Assembly: GCA_965204345.1 (NCBI GenBank)
Contig: OZ241981.1
Location: 736,001-800,000 of the forward strand
Source: Nitrosopumilus sp.
GTDB lineage: Archaea > Thermoproteota > Nitrososphaeria > Nitrososphaerales > Nitrosopumilaceae
Direction: 5' to 3'
Length of the DNA stretch: 64,000 nt
Made by a program: the position numbers and the translations under genes. Below are positions 58,356 through 64,000 of the stretch, piece after piece; the first letter of the stretch is position 1; each line of letters starts with the position of its first letter. Under the pieces are notes generated by a model. It saw only the letters and a list, made by a program, of their open reading frames with translations. It had not been told where the DNA came from and ran no database searches.

Positions 58356-59012
58356 ATGAAGATCAAAATAACAGCATTACTAATTTTGTTTACAGGAATT
58401 TTTATAGCAATGCCACAGGTCCATGCAGAGCCAACAGTTTTGATAACTATGGAAAAAACAACATATGTCTATTGTGAAAAATTATTCTATACAATTAATG
58501 TTTCAGAGATTACAGGAGATCCTGCAATTATCCACATTACTGATGAAACAGGTAAAAAAAGCAGTGCAATTCCAATAGCAATCACGGAACTACAAAATCC
58601 AATTCCATCATTAATTCCATTTGAAGCAGAAATATTCCCACTGGGAAAATATGTAATAGATATCCAGTATTCAGGAGCAACGACTTTTGCTGAATTTGAA
58701 TTAATCGAATCAGAATCCATCTGCATACCAGAGTTGATAAAACCAATAATGGCCAACTGGTTGTCTGGAAACATTTCAGACGGATTTCTTTTAGATGCAT
58801 TTCAAAAATATGTGGATGTAAAATTAATCAATGTGCCATTTGAAATTAATGAAACTAACGTATATGATGTCAATATCCCAACATGGATAAAAAACATCGG
58901 ATATTGGTGGATAGAAGGCGCAATATCGGATGATAATTTTTCAGATGCAATAAATAATTTGCTAGAAAGAAATATCATAGGATTGCATGTTGAAGGAAAA
59001 AATGAAATATGA
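58356..59012 (+). CDS. Secreted protein with thaumarchaeal IPxWIK..WW module
   Basis: Signal peptide; 'IPTWIKNIGYWWIEGAISD'. Confidence 0.8.
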   Translation: MKIKITALLILFTGIFIAMPQVHAEPTVLITMEKTTYVYCEKLFYTINVSEITGDPAIIHITDETGKKSSAIPIAITELQNPIPSLIPFEAEIFPLGKYVIDIQYSGATTFAEFELIESESICIPELIKPIMANWLSGNISDGFLLDAFQKYVDVKLINVPFEINETNVYDVNIPTWIKNIGYWWIEGAISDDNFSDAINNLLERNIIGLHVEGKNEI

Positions 59013-59524
59013 ACAAGTATTCAATCATTACAATTGTTGCCATCATAGTAATTGTAGCACCCTTTGCTCATTGGGGATTAAGCGTTATTGGAATACAGCA
59101 ATTAGAATATAGATGGGATAGCCCAGGAGAATTTACATTTTTTACAATGTCTAATCATGGAAAGATCGAATTTTGTAATACAATCCCATTTTGGATAAGT
59201 TTTGAAAGATTGGAAATTGCAACATTTTTTGAAGATAAGCATTTAGGATCATTTTCAACAGGACCAATCACAATAAACCCATTATCATCAACGGTGCAAG
59301 AAGGAAAATTCACATCAGAGGCAATATCGGCATCCCAACATGTGTTTATGACATTAGATTTTGAATTTGATGGGGGAGATATCAGACTAGACCCCAATCA
59401 ACTTATAGTCATAACACAGACACATATGCCAATTTTAGGAATAATCCCATATTCAACTACAAAACAAATGACAGGGTTTGACTTTGATCAAATAATGAAT
59501 TCCGAAGATTTACTTTGTAATTAG
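59009..59524 (+). CDS. Hypothetical protein with N-terminal TM
   Basis: 171 aa; ATGA overlap with the upstream gene. Confidence 0.75.
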   Translation: MNKYSIITIVAIIVIVAPFAHWGLSVIGIQQLEYRWDSPGEFTFFTMSNHGKIEFCNTIPFWISFERLEIATFFEDKHLGSFSTGPITINPLSSTVQEGKFTSEAISASQHVFMTLDFEFDGGDIRLDPNQLIVITQTHMPILGIIPYSTTKQMTGFDFDQIMNSEDLLCN

Positions 59525-59665
59525 TTTTTTTTACTTGCCTTGGAAATCAAGATTAGAAGAATTCCAACAAGACCTGCAATAATAAATGCCACAATTAAAC
59601 TGATAACCAATTCTTTACCCATTTCCCCTGCAGAAAAATCAGAAGAATGAGATGTTGAATCAATC

Positions 59666-59806
59666 ACACATTCATCGTCTTTGAGAATTGTGCCAGGACC
59701 GCATCGTTCATCTAAAACACATTCATCGTCTTTGAGAATTGTGCCAGGACCGCATCGTTCATCTAAAACACATTCATCGTCTTTGAGAATTGTGCCAGGA
59801 CCGCAT
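59666..59806. repeat. 51-bp tandem repeat, about 2.8 copies (CGPGTILKDDECVLDER)
   Basis: Units start at 59666, 59717 and 59768. Confidence 0.93.
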
Positions 59807-59890
59807 GGAGAAATGGTTTGAGATGCTTGGTCTGCTGCTGCTTGGTCTGCTGCTGCTTGGTCTGCTGCATGGAGAAATGGTTTGAGATGC

Positions 59891-60070
59891 TTGGTCTGCT
59901 GCTGCTTGGTCTGCTGCTGCTTGGTCTGCTGCTGCTTGGTCTGCTGCTGCTTGGTCTGCTGCTGCTTGGTCTGCTGCTGCTTGGTCTGCTGCTGCTTGGT
60001 CTGCTGCTGCTTGGTCTGCTGCTGCTTGGTCTGCTGCTGCTTGGTCTGCTGCTGCTTGGTCTGCTGCTGC
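59891..60070. repeat. Twelve perfect 15-bp tandem repeats (AAADQ)
   Basis: (ttggtctgctgctgc)12, plus about 3 more units at 59827-59868. Confidence 0.95.
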
Positions 60071-60671
60071 AGAGTCATCATCCATATCAATGCCAGAAGA
60101 TTCCCCAAACACAGAACCAATAATTTCTATTTCTTCAGTCCCAACAGGTAATTCAATATTCAAGGTTCTACTTTCAGAGGAGGTCTCAGTTTCTGAAAAG
60201 TTTACTTCATCACCATCAACTAAAATAAAAAAATCCTCGTCTAATCCATTAACAAGATTATCAAAGAAAGAACGATCAAATGTAATATCCAATGTGCCAC
60301 TAGAATCAGTTACATCAACAGTTAAAATTAATGAAGTGAAATCAGTATCAGCTTTAATGCCTGAAACGGTCATTCCAGTTACAGCATATTCGACATTAAA
60401 GGAAGTTCCATCCACATCAACAGACATTGTTTCAGCATATGCTAATGCAGTAGAAATAACAGTTACAAACAGGATTAATCCAAGGGAGATTTTTAGTAGA
60501 GAGTGGACACTTGGCAGATGAATGGATTTTTCTAAATACTGTTCCTTGACAGTGTAATTATTCATGTGTATATTTTGACCTCCGAACAAACGTTAAAAAT
60601 GAAGAGACGATAATAAATCACGTAAAAGTCAAGCTTTTTTGCTTATTTTTAAGATGTGCGTACAAGTTCTA

Positions 60672-61604
60672 CTAGATTACACCGCGAAGTATCTGGATAA
60701 TTTTCTCAGCAATAACATTTGCAGCCAAGGATTGGGCTTCTCTTGTTTGTGCGCCAATATGCGGAGTTAAAATGACATTATCCAATTCTGCCAGTTTTGT
60801 TCCAATCGCAGGTTCTTTTTCAAATACGTCCAAAGCAGCACCACCCAAGGTACCATTCTTTAGTGCACTGTATAATGCATCTTCATCAACAACACCACCC
60901 CTAGAAGTATTGATAATTTTGGCAGTCTTTTTCATAGTAGACATTTTTTCTGCATCTAGAAGATGATATGTAGAATCCAATAACGGAACATGTACTGAGA
61001 CATAATCAGAACTTTGAAGCAAAGTGTTCAGGTCAGCCTTCATTAGACCAACTTCTTTTGCAAATTCCTCATCAATGGGCATTACATCATAACCGATAAT
61101 ATTCATGTTAAGTGCACGAGCAAGTCGTCCAAGTCTTTTACCAATGTTTCCCAAACCGACAATGCCAAGATATTTCCCCTTTAGTTCTGTTCCTTTGAGT
61201 TCTTTTTTGAGCCATTGTCCATTTCTTATTGCCCTATCGCCCCTTGCAGTCTGTCTTGCAAGGGACAGCATCAAGCCTAAAACCAGTTCTGCAACAGCAT
61301 TCATTGCACCCTCAACAGCATTAATTACACGGATATCTTTGGTTTTGGCTGCCTCTTGATCTACATTATCTAAACCAACGCCAACGCGTGCGATAATCTT
61401 GCAATTACGAGCTTTTTCGATCATCTCTTTTGTTATGGTGGTTCTGCTTCTTACAATTACAATATTAAAGGCAGAAATTTTCTCTAGAATTTCTTCTTTG
61501 GTGATTTCAGGCTCGTATGAAACTTTGAGTCCATTGTCAACTAGGATTTTATTTAATATCGGATCTACTTCATCACAAATCAATACAGAATCATCAAAAC
61601 TCAT
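60672..61604 (-). CDS. serA: D-3-phosphoglycerate dehydrogenase (short form, no ACT domain)
   Basis: 'RVGVGLDNVD', GLGNIG, 'NTSRGGVVDE', 'LTPHIGAQT.EAQ'. Confidence 0.88.
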   Translation of the reverse strand: MSFDDSVLICDEVDPILNKILVDNGLKVSYEPEITKEEILEKISAFNIVIVRSRTTITKEMIEKARNCKIIARVGVGLDNVDQEAAKTKDIRVINAVEGAMNAVAELVLGLMLSLARQTARGDRAIRNGQWLKKELKGTELKGKYLGIVGLGNIGKRLGRLARALNMNIIGYDVMPIDEEFAKEVGLMKADLNTLLQSSDYVSVHVPLLDSTYHLLDAEKMSTMKKTAKIINTSRGGVVDEDALYSALKNGTLGGAALDVFEKEPAIGTKLAELDNVILTPHIGAQTREAQSLAANVIAEKIIQILRGVI

Positions 61605-61672
61605 ACTAGCAAGAAATGATCAACAGAATATAATTCATTAAGAAAATAAAAAGAAAAAAAGATGTTAAAAGA

Positions 61673-63085
61673 TCAAGAAGTAAGGATTTCTGCCACTACA
61701 GGAATTACTTCCCATAATGCGATATAATCGCCACTTGCTTGCATTTCAGAAGCTACTTCGTCAGTCATTAAACCGTGAATGTTTTGGGCAGGATGAGCAA
61801 TACTGTTCATTCCCATTGGTGGGACAGCATCACTAGGATTGCCTAAAGCATATGCATAAGATGCTACTGGTTCTTCGATAATTCCTTTCTCAACTAGAAC
61901 GGGGTTCAAACCGAATGGATCACCTGCTACAAAGACTGTAGCTGCACCAGTGTAAATTGCTGCATAATCATGGTTTACTGCTGCATATGCACCTGGTTCA
62001 TCAAAGACCAAGTCAACAATCATGTTTTGTGAACCGCCGAGCATCCATGTTTCAGTTGCTGCAGACTGTACTCTGTTACCTTGAACAACTCTATCCAAGA
62101 TTTCACCCACAATGTGGAAGAAAACTGGTTCATTGCCTTGGTTTTCTACAAAGAGTCTCACATGTTGATCATTTTCAACAAACAAGAGTTGTGATTGGTA
62201 TTGCTTGTGTTCAAGTCCATTCCATGGTTGTGCGACAAAGATGTTCTTCTTTACATCGCCATTGACAAGTAAGTTATGAGCCATATTTGGTACATAACCA
62301 AATTGCATTCCATTAACAACTGTTGCAGTATTATGATGTTTGAACATTGCTCCTGCATCATAGTTGCCTTCAGGTGTTAGGTACAACTGATTGTATTGGA
62401 GTTGGAACTCTAATGCATCTGCATCATAGAATTTTCTGTCTATCTCACCGCTTCCGCTGGTCTTCTCGACCATTAGTTTCTTGTATCCATTAGCTGGATC
62501 AACAATTGCAATTCCGTACATGCCGGAAAGAACGTGTTGATCCATGCCAATTAGTTTGACACCAGAACAATGGTATTTGAAGACACCTGCAGATTCAGCA
62601 ATGTAACAGTACTGACTTGTTTCACCAGGATTAACTGATTCAAAGTTTCCTGATGACATTTGTGATGCATGCATGTCGTTACCGTGTCCAGTAATTTCAT
62701 CATCTGGAATTGTAAGTGTCATTTTTACAACGTCACCTTGTGTAACTCTTAGCGTTGGTCCTGGGACTTGTCCACTAAAGGTCATGGCGTTGTAAGTTTT
62801 TCCTCCCATAATTGGAAGTTCAACACTTTCACCAGTCAAATCAAACTCGACGACAGTGCGTCCAGAAGATTCAAGTACACCACAATCAGTTTCTGCGAAT
62901 GCTTGAGGCATTACAAGTTGTAAACCGCCCATTTGATGGATTTGTTCAATTACGTCGACATCCATTTTGTTGATATCTAGTGATTGTCCAGCAATCTGGG
63001 TTTGTGTGTATGTGCTTCCGAATAAGGTTGCTCCCATTACAGCTACTGCTGCAACGGTAAAGAGCATACTAACACGCTTATTCAT
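61673..63085 (-). CDS. nirK: Copper-containing nitrite reductase, AOA type
   Basis: 'VPGPTLRV', 'HGNDMH', 'YHC...MDQHVLSGMYG', 'FHIVGE', 'VNH'. Confidence 0.95.
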   Translation of the reverse strand: MNKRVSMLFTVAAVAVMGATLFGSTYTQTQIAGQSLDINKMDVDVIEQIHQMGGLQLVMPQAFAETDCGVLESSGRTVVEFDLTGESVELPIMGGKTYNAMTFSGQVPGPTLRVTQGDVVKMTLTIPDDEITGHGNDMHASQMSSGNFESVNPGETSQYCYIAESAGVFKYHCSGVKLIGMDQHVLSGMYGIAIVDPANGYKKLMVEKTSGSGEIDRKFYDADALEFQLQYNQLYLTPEGNYDAGAMFKHHNTATVVNGMQFGYVPNMAHNLLVNGDVKKNIFVAQPWNGLEHKQYQSQLLFVENDQHVRLFVENQGNEPVFFHIVGEILDRVVQGNRVQSAATETWMLGGSQNMIVDLVFDEPGAYAAVNHDYAAIYTGAATVFVAGDPFGLNPVLVEKGIIEEPVASYAYALGNPSDAVPPMGMNSIAHPAQNIHGLMTDEVASEMQASGDYIALWEVIPVVAEILTS

Positions 63086-63559
63086 AAAGCAACGGACTAG
63101 TAATTCCTATATAATAATTCCCATTACCGCCCAATATTTCCCACATTTATTTTATCAAAAGGAGTTTAATCAGCAAGTGATCTTCTAGATGAATGTATGC
63201 CAGCAGGATTTCAGAATTTGAAAGTTTTTAGTGATTATTTTGGTGCCAAAAATTAGAAAAGAATAGTTTGGGTTTAAATGGATATAAAGACAGTTTTGGA
63301 TGTTAATTACAATCAACCGATCTAAATGAGAGTATCAGAATACAGATATGACAGAGAGATATCGGCCTTGCGTAATTATCTTTGAAATTCCTTTGGCAAA
63401 TTGTTCTAGTCTGTCATTTTTTTCATTCCAATAATATAACTAGGTATTTGTCTTTTTGAAGTTCCATACTATCAGATGACAAGCATAATTTTCTAAAATC
63501 TCCAAAATTAATATTGATTTTTTCTTTCTCCTGCATGAAATTATACCAAAAAATATGAT

Positions 63560-63880
63560 TTATGAATCTTGGAAAATTATCTTATTTAATCGATAATTCA
63601 GCTTGTTTATTTTTTCCATCACCTGCCTCACTTTATCAAGTGTCACAGAAGTCAGGAGATCAATGTCGATGCTCAATCTTTTAGCGTCTTTCTTGGCAAT
63701 GTAAAATAGCATGCACATGCCACCACGTATTATACAATCAAGCTGTTGTGTTATATGAGAATGTATTTGAAAATCCATTATGAATTTTTCAACAGCGAGT
63801 TTATCTGTAAATCCATATTATTCTGCGGCAATCAAAGCTATATTTTCAGCTGTTAATGACTGAGAATAATTGAGGGACAA
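63560..63880 (-). pseudogene. AbiEii-type nucleotidyltransferase toxin remnant
   Basis: 'IIRGGMCM...RLSIDIDL'; in-frame TAA at 63818-63820; truncated after about 100 codons. Confidence 0.7.
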
Positions 63881-63881
63881 A

Positions 63882-64000
63882 TCACTGATCTCCTATGTAC
63901 GTTTCAATTTGGCTTGATAGTTTTCTGTGCCTAGCAAGTGAACGTAATTTTTTTGTATTAACAAGTCTGTTTCCAAGCAAGTCATCTAGGATCATTATTA
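63882..64000 (-). CDS. 3' end of an upstream gene, possibly an AbiEi-like antitoxin (partial)
   Basis: ...ILDDLLGNRLVNTKKLRSLARHRKLSSQIETYIGDQ*; stop lies 1 nt before the TTG of the toxin remnant. Confidence 0.45.
   Translation of the reverse strand, partial: IMILDDLLGNRLVNTKKLRSLARHRKLSSQIETYIGDQ

Larger units (their letters stand above)
59521..60508 (-). pseudogene. Frameshifted repeat-rich surface protein (signal, domain, (AAADQ)n, Cys repeats, TM)
   Basis: N-half lies in ORF 59774..60589 and C-half in ORF 59521..60120; they are separated by a 64-bp duplication; GTG at 60508 is the likely start. Confidence 0.75.

Noticed and set aside
59818-60151. (CCCLV)n and (LLLLG)n ORFs on the plus strand, and the (QQQTK)n frame
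   Set aside because: Alternative-frame readings of the 15-bp AAADQ array, not Cys-rich proteins
1479-62265. Numerous antisense or overlapping ORFs in the track (e.g. 1479..2087, 42669..43121, 52963..53463)
   Set aside because: They lie opposite well-supported genes and carry no recognisable motifs

Overview
Core chromosomal window of an ammonia-oxidising archaeon (Nitrosopumilaceae-like). The assignment rests on archaeal information genes, AOA-type nirK, a cupredoxin, cofE and the thaumarchaeal 'IPxWxKxxAGWW' surface module. Housekeeping blocks: exosome superoperon (SBDS-rrp4-rrp41-rrp42-rpl37ae-pcc1-pfdB), rpoD-rpl18e-rpl13-rps9, rpoE1-spt4, nadC/nadA/nadX, nurA-herA-mre11-rad50, two tandem LeuCD-family pairs, hppA, serA, nirK, tRNA-Glu(CTC) and tRNA-Gly(GCC). 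Items missing from the ORF track that deserve attention: a 47-aa Cys-X-Cys metallothionein-like gene, three other Cys/His microproteins (one behind a perfect 11-bp inverted repeat), a well-formed box C/D guide RNA and a possible hairpin RNA upstream of rpl15e. Also seen: a membrane-tethered ArsR-type regulator with a palindrome facing a beta-propeller gene, several local duplications of envelope genes (one causing a frameshift), a degenerate stand-alone PLD domain and a decayed AbiE-type toxin gene at the right edge. No CRISPR array, integrase or transposase was seen. All calls are by-eye motif recognition; no searches were run.
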